The notes beneath the pieces are model-generated. The model was given only the letters and a program-made list of their open reading frames with translations. It searched no databases and was not told where the DNA came from. From positions 1 to 56,011 of the forward strand of contig CAZYSY010000039.1 of the NCBI GenBank assembly GCA_964650295.1: a stretch of 56,011 nt of DNA, read 5' to 3'. Shown piece by piece: positions 8,541-18,707 of the stretch. Both the position numbers and the translations under genes were made by a program. This DNA comes from an uncultured Caldilineales bacterium (GTDB lineage: Bacteria > Chloroflexota > Anaerolineae > J102). Numbering within the stretch: position 1 is the first letter of the stretch; each line of letters opens with the position of its first letter.

Positions 8541-9650
8541 TCAGAACAGCGCTTCTTTCAAAGTCGAAACCACGTAGTCTTGTTGTGCATGAGTCAGTTC
8601 GGCATAAATGGGCAACGAAAGCACCTCGCGTGAGGCTTTTTCTGAAACGGGATAGCTGCCAGCTTTCAGGCCCAGAAACGCGTATGCGGGTTGCAAATGC
8701 AAAGGGATCGGATAATGCACGCCCACGCCAATGCCGTGATCCTTGAGGTATTGTACCACGGCATTGCGATCCAAGCCTTCTTGCAGACGAATGGTGTAGC
8801 AGTGATACACGGGCTCGACATCGGGCAGGGTGAAAGGTGTTTGCACAGGCAGTTCTGAGAGCATCTCGGTATAACGCTGCGCTCGGTGGCGGCGTTTTGT
8901 GTTCCAGTCATCCAAATGCGGAAGTTTTGCCCCTAAGATCGCGGCCTGGATGCCATCAAGACGGTGTCCATACCCCAATTCATCGTGCTGATATTTGCTC
9001 AAACGGCCATGATTACGCAATTTGGCCACGCGTTCGGCGATTTGCGGATCATTGGTGACTACCGCACCGCCATCACCATAGCATCCCAGGTTCTTGCTGG
9101 GATAAAAGGAGAAACATGCTGAATCGCCCAAGATTCCAGCCCGTCGCCCATGATAGCGACTGCCATGCGCTTGGGCAGCGTCTTCGATAACGGCCAGGCC
9201 ATGTTTGCGAGCGATCTCATTGATAGCGTCCATATCGGCTGGCTGCCCATAAAGATGCACAGGCATGATGGCCTTTGTGTGCGCGGTGATGGCAGGTTCA
9301 ATGAGCGCTGGGTCGATGTTGTAGGTGGCCGGATCGATGTCAACGAAGACAGGCGTAGCGCCCACGGTTGAAATCGCCTCGCCCGTGGCAAAAAAGGTGA
9401 ATGGCGTAGTGATGACTTCGTCGCCCGGGCCGACGCCGTGGGCCAACAAGGCCAAAAAGAGCGCACCAGTGCCGCTAGAGACGCCGACGGCGTATTCGGC
9501 ATCGCAATAAGAAGCAAATGCTTTCTCGAATTGCGCCACCTCGGCTCCCATGATGAAGGCGGTATGGTCGATGACGCGCTGAATGGCTTCATCGATTTCA
9601 GATTTGTGATTACGATATTGCGCTTTGAGATCAACCAGAGGAACATTCAT
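8541..9650 (-). CDS. DegT/DnrJ/EryC1/StrS PLP-dependent aminotransferase
   Basis: VSSGTGAL, IMPVHLYGQ, IEDAAQAHG, FSFYPSKNLGCYGDGG (PLP lysine). Confidence 0.95.
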   Translation of the reverse strand: MNVPLVDLKAQYRNHKSEIDEAIQRVIDHTAFIMGAEVAQFEKAFASYCDAEYAVGVSSGTGALFLALLAHGVGPGDEVITTPFTFFATGEAISTVGATPVFVDIDPATYNIDPALIEPAITAHTKAIMPVHLYGQPADMDAINEIARKHGLAVIEDAAQAHGSRYHGRRAGILGDSACFSFYPSKNLGCYGDGGAVVTNDPQIAERVAKLRNHGRLSKYQHDELGYGHRLDGIQAAILGAKLPHLDDWNTKRRHRAQRYTEMLSELPVQTPFTLPDVEPVYHCYTIRLQEGLDRNAVVQYLKDHGIGVGVHYPIPLHLQPAYAFLGLKAGSYPVSEKASREVLSLPIYAELTHAQQDYVVSTLKEALF

Positions 9651-9691
9651 AATAAAAAAGACTCAGGAGCATTGAAAAGATAGGGCGGGAA

Positions 9692-10984
9692 TCATCGATG
9701 ATAGGTTAAATGAAACGCGTCGATTTTGCGCTCCAATTCTTTGATGCGACGCTGGTGTTCGCGAATCGTTTCTTGCAGGCGTTCGGGCGGAGAGTTGCCA
9801 TGGCGAGCAGCGGCAACTTCCAATTGTCCTAACCGCTCTCGGTAGATGCGTAATTGTTCCTGCCAATAGACGACTTGTTCCTGAATGCCCGCCTGCGCCA
9901 TCTCTTGCACCGAAGCATCAGAGATTTCGGCATCATCTGCTGAGAGTGTGTGCAAATTTTCGGCCAACCAGCGATGGAAAAAATAATTTCCGATTGTAAA
10001 ATGACTGGAATCTGCTGGTCGCGTATAGCCCAAACCTGTCATCACATGAAGATACATCCTGATTTTTGCCGCCTTCACACCAATGTAGCGAGCCATTGAG
10101 GTGATATCGTCACTTTTTTCCGTGAGATGCAATAAGATGCGACGTTCGGTGGGAGAAAGATGCCGGAATTGTAGCTGAAAGAGTGAAGCAAGCATCGAAT
10201 CAACCACGATGTCTTGTTTGCGGGGCGTGCGCAAGCTGTGATCGGGCCGATAAAGATGATAACAAAGCCATTGCAACAGGTAGGGATGATCTCCGGTATA
10301 AAGGTGGATGCGACGAATGGCCTCATGGCTGACTTGCACAGGATAGCGCTGTTCTTGGCGCATCAGCATTTCAGCATCTTTCTTCTCCAATCCATCGAGA
10401 TAAAGGGGAGCGAAGTCATACAGAAATGGCGATGTTGGCCAATTGCTCGTTACTTCTTGTAATTTCGTAAGCGATTTTGTAGATGCCATGACCACCCGCA
10501 GATTGGGCGGACGTTGAAATGCAGCTCGTAGACGTTGCACGGCTGCCGCCTCGTTTTGGGCAATGGTGATAAGCGCCTCTGGCTCATCGATCAACAGGAG
10601 CACTCGCTCCTCACGCTTCTCTGCCTGTCGACAAACCTTGCGCAATATGTTCGCAGGATCATCTTCGGCCAGCGTGGTCAGTTCAATACCCAGGCGTTCA
10701 AGTTGATCCGATGAATCTTCTAGAGCAAAATAGAGTTCGTCTCGCAGATCGCTGGCTGTAGAACACCCTTGCATATCCCAATAAATGGGCAGATAATCTT
10801 TTCTACCCTGCTGGGCCAATTGCCGCAGTAGAGACGTTTTCCCCACGCGACGGGAGCCGATCACCCAAATGTAATTATCTGAACCAAGCAAGATGTATTG
10901 GCGCAAGTCGGTGTGGCCGTAATAACGTCGGCCTCTCACCCATCCGCCGATGGTGTATGGATTACGATAGCTGGTGGCAGGCAT
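9692..10984 (-). CDS. STAND-like P-loop ATPase with winged helix and C-terminal helical hairpin
   Basis: NPY.IGG start, Walker A GSRRVGKT, Walker B LLLIDE, TGDHPYLLQ sensor. Confidence 0.8.
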   Translation of the reverse strand: MPATSYRNPYTIGGWVRGRRYYGHTDLRQYILLGSDNYIWVIGSRRVGKTSLLRQLAQQGRKDYLPIYWDMQGCSTASDLRDELYFALEDSSDQLERLGIELTTLAEDDPANILRKVCRQAEKREERVLLLIDEPEALITIAQNEAAAVQRLRAAFQRPPNLRVVMASTKSLTKLQEVTSNWPTSPFLYDFAPLYLDGLEKKDAEMLMRQEQRYPVQVSHEAIRRIHLYTGDHPYLLQWLCYHLYRPDHSLRTPRKQDIVVDSMLASLFQLQFRHLSPTERRILLHLTEKSDDITSMARYIGVKAAKIRMYLHVMTGLGYTRPADSSHFTIGNYFFHRWLAENLHTLSADDAEISDASVQEMAQAGIQEQVVYWQEQLRIYRERLGQLEVAAARHGNSPPERLQETIREHQRRIKELERKIDAFHLTYHR

Positions 10985-10988
10985 AATT

Positions 10989-13043
10989 TCAATCCGATGA
11001 AATCTCGAATTCGTAAGTGGCCGTCTCGACGGTGGTGGGGGCCATCGCAGATACGATGAGTGTTAGATCCTGGTTGGTGTTGATGCCCGAGAGGTGCAAC
11101 TCGCCATGACCGTTTTCATCGACGGGAATACGATGTACGATGACGTCGCCATTTGATTGAGGTTCGATCACCTGGACCATCCAACGTTGTTGCAAAATGT
11201 TGTTGGTCAACAACCATCCTTCGGATTTCCAATCCCCCGGACCGTTCTCAAAATCCTGGAAATAATCGATTTCGGGAATGGAAACGCTATCGATGAACAT
11301 GCCAGGTTGGGTGACCGCAGCATCGGTCACGTATTCAAAGCGCACCAGGATATCCTTACCCGCATAATTAGATAAATCAACAGTCTCTTCCACCCACCCT
11401 GCGGTCAGATGATTGCTCTTGCCTGTATAGCCCGGGCCATAGGCGTTGCCGTTGGGATTTTCTGTGGAGGTGCGCTCGGTTTCTAAGAGCCGCCAGGTGC
11501 GTCCCCCATCCTCGCTGACTTCGATATAAGCGTAATCCCACAAGTCTTCGATGTCGTACCAGGTGAAGAAATGTAAGGTGGCTGTATCGGCGTCTGACAA
11601 ATCCACCGGAAATGTCAGACGCGTGTCTGACTCATCCACCCGGTTGCTCCACCAAGCCCATTGTCCGCTATGGGCGTCGGTCGCGGCCAGATGGGTAATT
11701 TCAGCGCCATCAAATGTAATGTTCAATGATTCCGAAGGAGGCAGGGTAAAGTAATCCGCGGCATATTGGTGAACGCTCTCGGAATGATAGATGGGAAGTG
11801 CGGTGAATCGTTCGGTGGGAATAATTTCATCGACATCATAATTTTTATAGCCCCACTGTCCATCGCCCGCCGATGGATCATCGAGCCAATTCGCCACCAC
11901 CCAATCGCCGAAGAAATCATTTGCGGTCATGCCCACGCCTAATTGCTCAAGCACCTCATCGACAGATTCCATGCCGTTTTTGTCGTTGGCCACCAGGGCC
12001 TTTGTGGCGTCATCTCCGAAACGATCGAGGAAGTACAAAATGAAGAGGAACGCGTTGCCATAATGTACATAACTTTCATCAGAGTCGGGCCAAGTGTTGA
12101 GCTGAACGTCTGGGTCCTGAGAAAAAACGCTATCAGGACGAATGCCGCCGGTGCGTCCTAAACCGTTCAGTTCTGACGCCAGCTCTGATGCGCCCTCATT
12201 TAACCAGGTGGATTCATTTTTGTCCTGATACCAATGAATCATATGCTGGAACTCATGCGCCAATGTGCCATTGTAGAAGCGACTTCCTGGCTTGTTGTTA
12301 TCCACGTTGATGTAAAACATCTCTTTTTCATTGGAATAAGGATGAATCACCGCGGGAATTTCGTCAGCCGAGGAGAAATAACCGGCGATGGTTCTTCCCA
12401 TGTCGCGAGCGTGCAACACGTGGAGACGAGGGTCATTATCGATGCCTGGCGACCATTCACTGCCAAAGAATTCTCGATCGGTGGGATAGATTTTTTCGTC
12501 GAAAAAACGGGCGGCTTTGCGTAAATCTCTCGACTTGACGTTGACGCCGATCTCACGCCACATGTAGACGTGCTCGCCCTTGACGATCAGTTCGGCCTGA
12601 ATTTGCCAATTTTTGTCATTGTCACTGTTGTTCACCCAAAAAGTGACGACATCGCCTTCTTCGAAGTCTGGGGGCGTGTCATTTACAACGCGCTTCACCT
12701 CACCCAGTTCGGGGCGCAAGCGCGCAGCCAGATCAATGGGATCGTTGGAAGGGACCTCCACCTGGAGCAATAATTCCTCGGTGGAGAGGGTTTGCAAAAC
12801 CGAGGTGGCGCCCGGAACCGGCGTGGGCGAGGGAAAAGGCGTTGCCGTTGGCGGTGCGGGCGTCAGGGTGGGCAGAGGTTTATCGGCGGAGGGAAGGGCG
12901 TTAGAGGAGAGAGGTGACTGCGGCGTTTTCAAGTCCTCGATGGTCTGATAAATGTAAAGACCTGTGCCACAAGTGACAGAAATGGCGCAGCAGGAAAGTG
13001 TCAATACTAACAGAATTAATATCAGTAATGTGTTTTTTGACAT
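10989..13043 (-). CDS. Secreted/anchored zinc metalloprotease (M30/immune inhibitor A-like)
   Basis: N-terminal hydrophobic segment, Pro/Thr linker, LAHEFQHMIH plus WLNEG, C-terminal YDIEDLWDYAYIEVSEDGG beta-sandwich. Confidence 0.88.
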   Translation of the reverse strand: MSKNTLLILILLVLTLSCCAISVTCGTGLYIYQTIEDLKTPQSPLSSNALPSADKPLPTLTPAPPTATPFPSPTPVPGATSVLQTLSTEELLLQVEVPSNDPIDLAARLRPELGEVKRVVNDTPPDFEEGDVVTFWVNNSDNDKNWQIQAELIVKGEHVYMWREIGVNVKSRDLRKAARFFDEKIYPTDREFFGSEWSPGIDNDPRLHVLHARDMGRTIAGYFSSADEIPAVIHPYSNEKEMFYINVDNNKPGSRFYNGTLAHEFQHMIHWYQDKNESTWLNEGASELASELNGLGRTGGIRPDSVFSQDPDVQLNTWPDSDESYVHYGNAFLFILYFLDRFGDDATKALVANDKNGMESVDEVLEQLGVGMTANDFFGDWVVANWLDDPSAGDGQWGYKNYDVDEIIPTERFTALPIYHSESVHQYAADYFTLPPSESLNITFDGAEITHLAATDAHSGQWAWWSNRVDESDTRLTFPVDLSDADTATLHFFTWYDIEDLWDYAYIEVSEDGGRTWRLLETERTSTENPNGNAYGPGYTGKSNHLTAGWVEETVDLSNYAGKDILVRFEYVTDAAVTQPGMFIDSVSIPEIDYFQDFENGPGDWKSEGWLLTNNILQQRWMVQVIEPQSNGDVIVHRIPVDENGHGELHLSGINTNQDLTLIVSAMAPTTVETATYEFEISSD

Positions 13044-13044
13044 G

Positions 13045-13794
13045 TCAAGGCTGTGTCCAACAGGATTCTGAAAGCGGGATTTCGGCGCCGGTCAGGGCGC
13101 GCACCCCTTCCGGCTCCATATCGATGTAGACGTGGCGGTAAGGAAGATAGAACCACGTGTATATACGAAAACAAACGCGCTGATGTTCACGATCGGGCGT
13201 GCTGCGCATATCGATCAATGCCAGACGCCGATCCATCACACTCCGTAAATGGAGTTGCCAATGCCAATCGCGAGCCGCATTGATGACGATTCGCTGTTCT
13301 GGTCCAGAGACTGCCGGTTGTGACGGAGGCGCCCACATCGGTAAGATGGCCAGGGGCAAGATGAAGATCAGGAAGATGAACACCAGGCGCTGAGGCCACG
13401 AACGAGCGCGCCAACGAAATTGCTGTGCGAGCCAGGCGATTATGGCGCCAAAGCCCAGAAGAATAGCGTAATAGAAAAAAACATTTCTTACAAATGCAAC
13501 TGGATCAAAAATGACCACATTGCCCGCCTCGATGTGATATGAGGCGTAGGGATAGCCCATCCATCCGGAGCATAAACCATCGCAGCCAATCTGATAAGGT
13601 GGGACCTGAAAGATACGGCTGGACAGATATGCCGTCCCAATGGCGCCAAAAAGAAGGAGGGTTACCCATTCCAAACCGCGAGGCGTCCACCGTAGCCACC
13701 ATATGATGAGGAGGATGATAACGATGAGTTGTAAGAGGAGAAATAGTGCAATGAAAATCGACATGGCTATGCCAGGTAAGCTCTGAAAAGTCAC
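13045..13794 (-). CDS. Hypothetical multi-pass membrane protein
   Basis: 249 aa, about 4 hydrophobic segments, Cys pairs; 1-nt gap to the protease gene. Confidence 0.7.
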   Translation of the reverse strand: MTFQSLPGIAMSIFIALFLLLQLIVIILLIIWWLRWTPRGLEWVTLLLFGAIGTAYLSSRIFQVPPYQIGCDGLCSGWMGYPYASYHIEAGNVVIFDPVAFVRNVFFYYAILLGFGAIIAWLAQQFRWRARSWPQRLVFIFLIFILPLAILPMWAPPSQPAVSGPEQRIVINAARDWHWQLHLRSVMDRRLALIDMRSTPDREHQRVCFRIYTWFYLPYRHVYIDMEPEGVRALTGAEIPLSESCWTQP

Positions 13795-13982
13795 TTAACT
13801 TTCGTCAAACCCCTGACGTGAATGAGGGGACGCGAATCGTTACAAGGCTCCTCGACCTATGTGCTGATTTTTCGCTCTCGAAAGCGGCTGTTGCTGGATT
13901 GATCGACCATCCTCAAGCCAGACGAAAGAACGACAAGACGAAAGTGGGCGAAGGCCTACATTGTTTTGGTCGATGTTGGTCT

Positions 13983-14019
13983 ATGTTCATCCATGTTCGC
14001 CGGCCTGATGGATGAACAT
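13983..14019. repeat. 12-bp perfect inverted repeat
   Basis: atgttcatccat (13983-13994) / atggatgaacat (14008-14019), 13-nt loop. Confidence 0.75.
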
Positions 14020-14090
14020 TGGCCAGAAGAAGCTGCATACATCGGAAGAAAGTTGCACATTGGGTTTTCGTATACTGTTTAAGGAGAGGG

Positions 14091-17036
14091 TCAGGGTTGG
14101 CAACCGACGATGGGTTCCACCATTAGTGGTGCAATGGTGCGGGCGTCGCTTCCGTGCACCCAGATGTTAGAGGCGATGTCCAGCGTGGGGGACTCCAACC
14201 AAAAACTCCAGTGATGCATCGGATCGCGCGCCAATGAAACGTCGATGTCGTTGAAATCATAGAGGGTATAGCGCAATCCGTCAATTTCCACCAATCGCTG
14301 GCGTCCAACAGCCAGTCGCCGCCCGATCTGATTATCCAAAGCGCCGATAAGCCACACACGATCTGGAAGGTCGTCGGACGAAAGGGCCAGCAGGGTGTCT
14401 CGTTTGAAGAGTGCGGCTGTGATGTTGACCAGATTCGCTTCGTCGGGGGGTACATTACGCCCAGCCTCATCATGCGGCCACACAATCAGAATGCGCCCAT
14501 CGACGTCATTCACGCCTGGAGCGGCGACCCCCGTGGGTTGGGGCGGTTCGGGCAAGAATGTGCGAGAATCTGCGGCGTGAATCCACACCGAACCGTAGCT
14601 TTGTGCAAGTCCTGGAGCAACTTTGGCCAGATAGATGAGCTTGTGTTCAGGATTGTTGGCCCAGGTGACATCCAGATCATTCATCACCCAAAATGGAAAA
14701 GGATGTCCCTCGACTGTGCGATGCTCAGCCAGATCGATTCGGCGCAGGGGTTCTGCGTCTTGAGCGACCCAGACATCCACATTGGGCGACCAGGCGCAAG
14801 GAGGCGGTTCAAGGCTGTGATCTTGATAGAGACGAAGTCCGAGATTTGCCTGGCTGGCTGCGGTGACTGGGGCGAAGTCGTGCGGCCAAAAGATTTCGAT
14901 GCGCACATCCACTTCTTCAGGCGGCGTTGCCGGAGTCCTCTCTTTCTGGCGTTGTATCACGCCCAGATTCGAAGTTCCAGCCATGACGCCATCGGGCCCA
15001 CGGGTGAAGGTGAAGATGAGGGCGTCGCCCAGATCCCCTGTGGCATCTTCCCACAAGGCGCCGTTATTCAAGCTCCGAAACACGCCTCCGCCATCACGGC
15101 TGGCCCACCAAAGTCCGCTCTCAGGGTCCATAAAAAAGGCGAGAAGGTTAGGAGCGTTGGGGATCTCGGGAGAACCGCCGCGCCAGCGCGTTGCCATAGG
15201 GATTCCCGTATCCCGTCGGCTCCAATTTATTCCACCATCAATGGAAACCAGCAGTCCCTCCCAGGGGGCGACGAGCGCCAGCAAATCGGGCTGGTGAGGA
15301 TGAGAGAATAAGCGCACAGCGCCGGTGACAGGCAGGAGACCGACGCGCCGCCACCGATTGCCAGCATCTTGAGAACGCCACAATTCCAACACTCCATTAT
15401 CGCCATAAGCGACCAGGAAAAGTGCTCCGGAAGCGTCTACAGTGGCGGCGAGTACGCCACTTTTGTCGAAGATCGAGGTCCAGGAATCGCCTTTGTTGGT
15501 GGATCGTTGCAGACCGCGAGCGGTTGCTAAATAGACATTTTCTCGTTTTGGATCGGTAATAAGCGCCAAAGGATAGGTGCGTAGTTTGCGATGAAACCAG
15601 GAAAGCCCGCCGTTATCGGTGCGGGCAAAGCCGTTGTCGGTCAGGGCAAAGACGACATCAGGATCATGTGGATAGGCGATAAGCCGACGTAGGTGGACGC
15701 CCTCAAGCCCCCTTCGGGCGGGCTCCCAGGTTTGCCCGGCATCCTCACTGCGCCAGAGCGGATGCGTCATAGAATCTTCAGGCAAAAACCCGCCATTGAG
15801 CGCCAGAAGGGTCTTACCATCGGTGGAAAGTGAAAGTAATTGATGAATGCTGCTGGCGGGGGGCAATCCTTGGGTTGTCATTTCCCAATGACTGCCCGCA
15901 GAACGGGTGCGCCAAAGTCCTCCTGCACCCGCTACCATCCAATTTCCCTTTCGGCGAGGATGAACGGCGATGGTCTGCAATGAGACGCCGGAAAGTGTGG
16001 TTCCGCCTGAGCGCCACGATTCGCCGCCATCAGATGAAAGCCAAAGACCGCTATCGGTGGCCAGGAGGAGCCGCTGACGCGCCAATGGATCGACCAGTAG
16101 TCGTGTGGGAGTAGGTTCGGCATCGGGGTTGAAACCGGCGATGGGTGAAAATTGGGCGTGCTGTTGTCGCCAGGTGCGACCGCTGTTAAGCGAAATGAAA
16201 CTCATCAACTGATGGCGTCCTTCGGGCAATTGGGCGCGAAGCACCACATAAATGCGCCCACGTTGGGTAGGATCGGCGGCGAGGGTGATCTTTCCTGCAA
16301 CATGTGCGCCCACAGGAAGCGGCAGATTTACCTTGCGCCAGTTGAATCCCGCATTTTCGGTAATTAGCAGCCCCTGAGCAGTGGTTACATACAACCGATT
16401 GCTATCGAAAGGATCAGCGATAAGGTCATTTACCAAACTGTTAGCGGCGTCGGTGTAGCGTTGCAACATTCGATGCCGCCAGTTGTATCCCCCGTCATCG
16501 CTGGTATAAAGGTGTGCGGATGGATAACGCGAGGCGTCTTGCGTCATGAGATGTAGACGTCCACGGGCATCTCGTGTGAGTCCCATCACTTGTTGGTCGA
16601 CAAGTTGGGGAATCAACGCTGGACGCCAGGTGCGACCACCATTATCGCTGCGCCACAGACCATGTTTTTCGGTTCCCACCCAGATCACCGACCCATTGCG
16701 CTCGGGGAAGATTTTGACGATGGTGGGGTGAAATCCGGCCAGATCATTGGATGCGGGCTGCCAATGATCGCCGCCATCCACGCTGAAATAGGGGGCCCAA
16801 CTGGAGGAGGGTTGTCCTTGCGCCGTCTGGGTTTGATCGGGGTTGCGCAACACGCTGTTGCTGATAAAGGCAAACAAGAATTCAGGTTCATCAGGATCGA
16901 TGGCCAGATGCGTCACAAAGGCCACTGCTGCTCCTGAGCCCTTCCACACTTCCGAATCCTGAGCAAAGACACTCCCCGACAGTAGCCATAACGACACCCC
17001 GATCAGGATAAGCGAACGCGTGAGACGCGACATCAT
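14091..17036 (-). CDS. Secreted BNR/Asp-box (VPS10-like) beta-propeller protein with a duplicated unnamed C-terminal domain
   Basis: Signal peptide ending VFA-QD; about 13 S/T-x-D/N-x-G-x-x-W Asp-boxes; two roughly 135-aa repeats starting VDVRIEIFWPHD and VDGRILIVWPHD. Confidence 0.85.
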   Translation of the reverse strand: MMSRLTRSLILIGVSLWLLSGSVFAQDSEVWKGSGAAVAFVTHLAIDPDEPEFLFAFISNSVLRNPDQTQTAQGQPSSSWAPYFSVDGGDHWQPASNDLAGFHPTIVKIFPERNGSVIWVGTEKHGLWRSDNGGRTWRPALIPQLVDQQVMGLTRDARGRLHLMTQDASRYPSAHLYTSDDGGYNWRHRMLQRYTDAANSLVNDLIADPFDSNRLYVTTAQGLLITENAGFNWRKVNLPLPVGAHVAGKITLAADPTQRGRIYVVLRAQLPEGRHQLMSFISLNSGRTWRQQHAQFSPIAGFNPDAEPTPTRLLVDPLARQRLLLATDSGLWLSSDGGESWRSGGTTLSGVSLQTIAVHPRRKGNWMVAGAGGLWRTRSAGSHWEMTTQGLPPASSIHQLLSLSTDGKTLLALNGGFLPEDSMTHPLWRSEDAGQTWEPARRGLEGVHLRRLIAYPHDPDVVFALTDNGFARTDNGGLSWFHRKLRTYPLALITDPKRENVYLATARGLQRSTNKGDSWTSIFDKSGVLAATVDASGALFLVAYGDNGVLELWRSQDAGNRWRRVGLLPVTGAVRLFSHPHQPDLLALVAPWEGLLVSIDGGINWSRRDTGIPMATRWRGGSPEIPNAPNLLAFFMDPESGLWWASRDGGGVFRSLNNGALWEDATGDLGDALIFTFTRGPDGVMAGTSNLGVIQRQKERTPATPPEEVDVRIEIFWPHDFAPVTAASQANLGLRLYQDHSLEPPPCAWSPNVDVWVAQDAEPLRRIDLAEHRTVEGHPFPFWVMNDLDVTWANNPEHKLIYLAKVAPGLAQSYGSVWIHAADSRTFLPEPPQPTGVAAPGVNDVDGRILIVWPHDEAGRNVPPDEANLVNITAALFKRDTLLALSSDDLPDRVWLIGALDNQIGRRLAVGRQRLVEIDGLRYTLYDFNDIDVSLARDPMHHWSFWLESPTLDIASNIWVHGSDARTIAPLMVEPIVGCQP

Positions 17037-17770
17037 GATCCTGGAACGATCACCTGAACATTACAGGGTTGAGGATAGTTGCCCGTGATATCGACAACAA
17101 CCAGTCGGATGTTGTATGCACCCGGCGGGACTAATGCCGGATCGAATGTTCCCAAGACGCCATGATCCACCGGCGTTTCGGCCCCGGCAAACCAATGCCA
17201 TTGGTCTGGAGCGCCAGCGCTGCTCCACTCCAGTTTGTAGTATTGAAAGTTGGGGATGTTGGCCGTGCCTGAAATGTTCACTGGCCCGGATAATTTTTGC
17301 CCAACGCCCGGAGCGGTGATAACAACGCCAGCGGTTGGGCATGAGGGCGGAACGACTTTGGGTTTGGGCGTGGCTTTAGGGCGGGGTGGAGGAGCTTTGC
17401 GGGTGGGGCGTGGCTTGAGCGTAGGCGTAGCTGTGGGGGTGGCTGTGGGTGGCGACGAGGTGGGAGTCGGGGTGTCGATCAGCACCAGAATGTCGGGGGT
17501 GGCTGTGCCTTCTGGCGCCATCGTTTCCATCTCGGGCAGTAAGAAATTGCTGGCAGCCCAGGTGGCGCCCAAAATCAACAGCAGCATAGTCGCCACGCCA
17601 AACAAGCGATAAAGCCGCGTCATTGCAACTTCGCGTTCCAACGGGAAGATGGCGGAACGACGTTCGCGGCGTAATATAATGGCGCGATAGAGAAAATAGA
17701 GGCCGGCAAGTGCAACTGCGCCGTAAATAAACCGGGCGTTATCGGCCAGAAATTGTAGAAGAACTGTCAT
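17033..17770 (-). CDS. Membrane protein with Pro/Thr linker and Cys-flanked Ig-like domain
   Basis: 2 TM segments, TPTPTSSPPTATPTATP linker, CPTAGVVITAP...YYKLEW...PCNVQV; overlaps the BNR gene by ATGA. Confidence 0.75.
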   Translation of the reverse strand: MTVLLQFLADNARFIYGAVALAGLYFLYRAIILRRERRSAIFPLEREVAMTRLYRLFGVATMLLLILGATWAASNFLLPEMETMAPEGTATPDILVLIDTPTPTSSPPTATPTATPTLKPRPTRKAPPPRPKATPKPKVVPPSCPTAGVVITAPGVGQKLSGPVNISGTANIPNFQYYKLEWSSAGAPDQWHWFAGAETPVDHGVLGTFDPALVPPGAYNIRLVVVDITGNYPQPCNVQVIVPGS

Positions 17771-17804
17771 CAGGGCAGATTATCCCAAATGAGCGTGATC
17801 CAGA

Positions 17805-18662
17805 TCAGGACGCTTCGTCCCAGCGCTTGAGCAGGCCACGCAATAAGGTGATCATCCTGGGCACAAGCACTTTGCCTGTTTCCAACACCTCTTCATGGCT
17901 GGTCACGCGTGGAGTGTCGATGGCATCAATGGCCACATTGGTAATGCCGGAGAAACCGAGCACCCTCATGCCGCCATGGCGGGCGACCAATGCTTCATTC
18001 GTGGTGGACATGCCTGTGGCGTCTGCGCCCAATGCACGCAACATGCGCACCTCGGCAGGGGTCTCGAACGCAGGCCCTGAGAGTCCGACGTAGACGCCGC
18101 GACGTAAGGTCACGCCAGCTTTCTTGGCAATATCAAGAGCCAACATTCGCAGAGGCCTGTCGTAGAGAGTGGACATATCGGGGAATCGGGGGCCTATTTC
18201 AGGATCATTGGGGCCCATCAAGGGGTTATTCCCCACCAGCCCCAGCAAGTTGATCTGATCTTCAATCAACATGATATCGCCTGCTCTGAATTCTGGATTC
18301 AATCCACCAGCGGCATTGGTAAGAATAAGCGTTTCGATACCAAACGCCTGCATCACGCGTACAGGAAAGGTGACTTCTTCCATCGTGAAGCCCTCATAAA
18401 AATGCACGCGTCCCTGCATGACCATGACGGTGCAACCTTCCAAACGACCGATAACCAATCGTCCCTTGTGGCCTTCCACCGTGGAGCGCGGAAAGTGCGG
18501 GATATCGGCATAGGGAATCACGTCGGCGGCTTCGATCGCGTCGGCGAATTCTCCGAATCCCGAACCCAACACCAATCCGATTTTAGGGCGATGTGCAGTG
18601 CGCTGAGCGATATACGTAGCTGCGCTCTGAAAATCCTGGCGAGAGAATTGTTTTGTTTTCAT
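17805..18662 (-). CDS. punA: Purine nucleoside phosphorylase (trimeric type)
   Basis: GLVLGSG, MQGRVHFYEG, TNAAGG, GPAFETPAE, GMST, SGITN. Confidence 0.95.
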   Translation of the reverse strand: MKTKQFSRQDFQSAATYIAQRTAHRPKIGLVLGSGFGEFADAIEAADVIPYADIPHFPRSTVEGHKGRLVIGRLEGCTVMVMQGRVHFYEGFTMEEVTFPVRVMQAFGIETLILTNAAGGLNPEFRAGDIMLIEDQINLLGLVGNNPLMGPNDPEIGPRFPDMSTLYDRPLRMLALDIAKKAGVTLRRGVYVGLSGPAFETPAEVRMLRALGADATGMSTTNEALVARHGGMRVLGFSGITNVAIDAIDTPRVTSHEEVLETGKVLVPRMITLLRGLLKRWDEAS

Positions 18663-18707
18663 AGATTCACGAGAGCAATAACGTTGTACGCGGGTGCAAA
18701 GAGGCGT

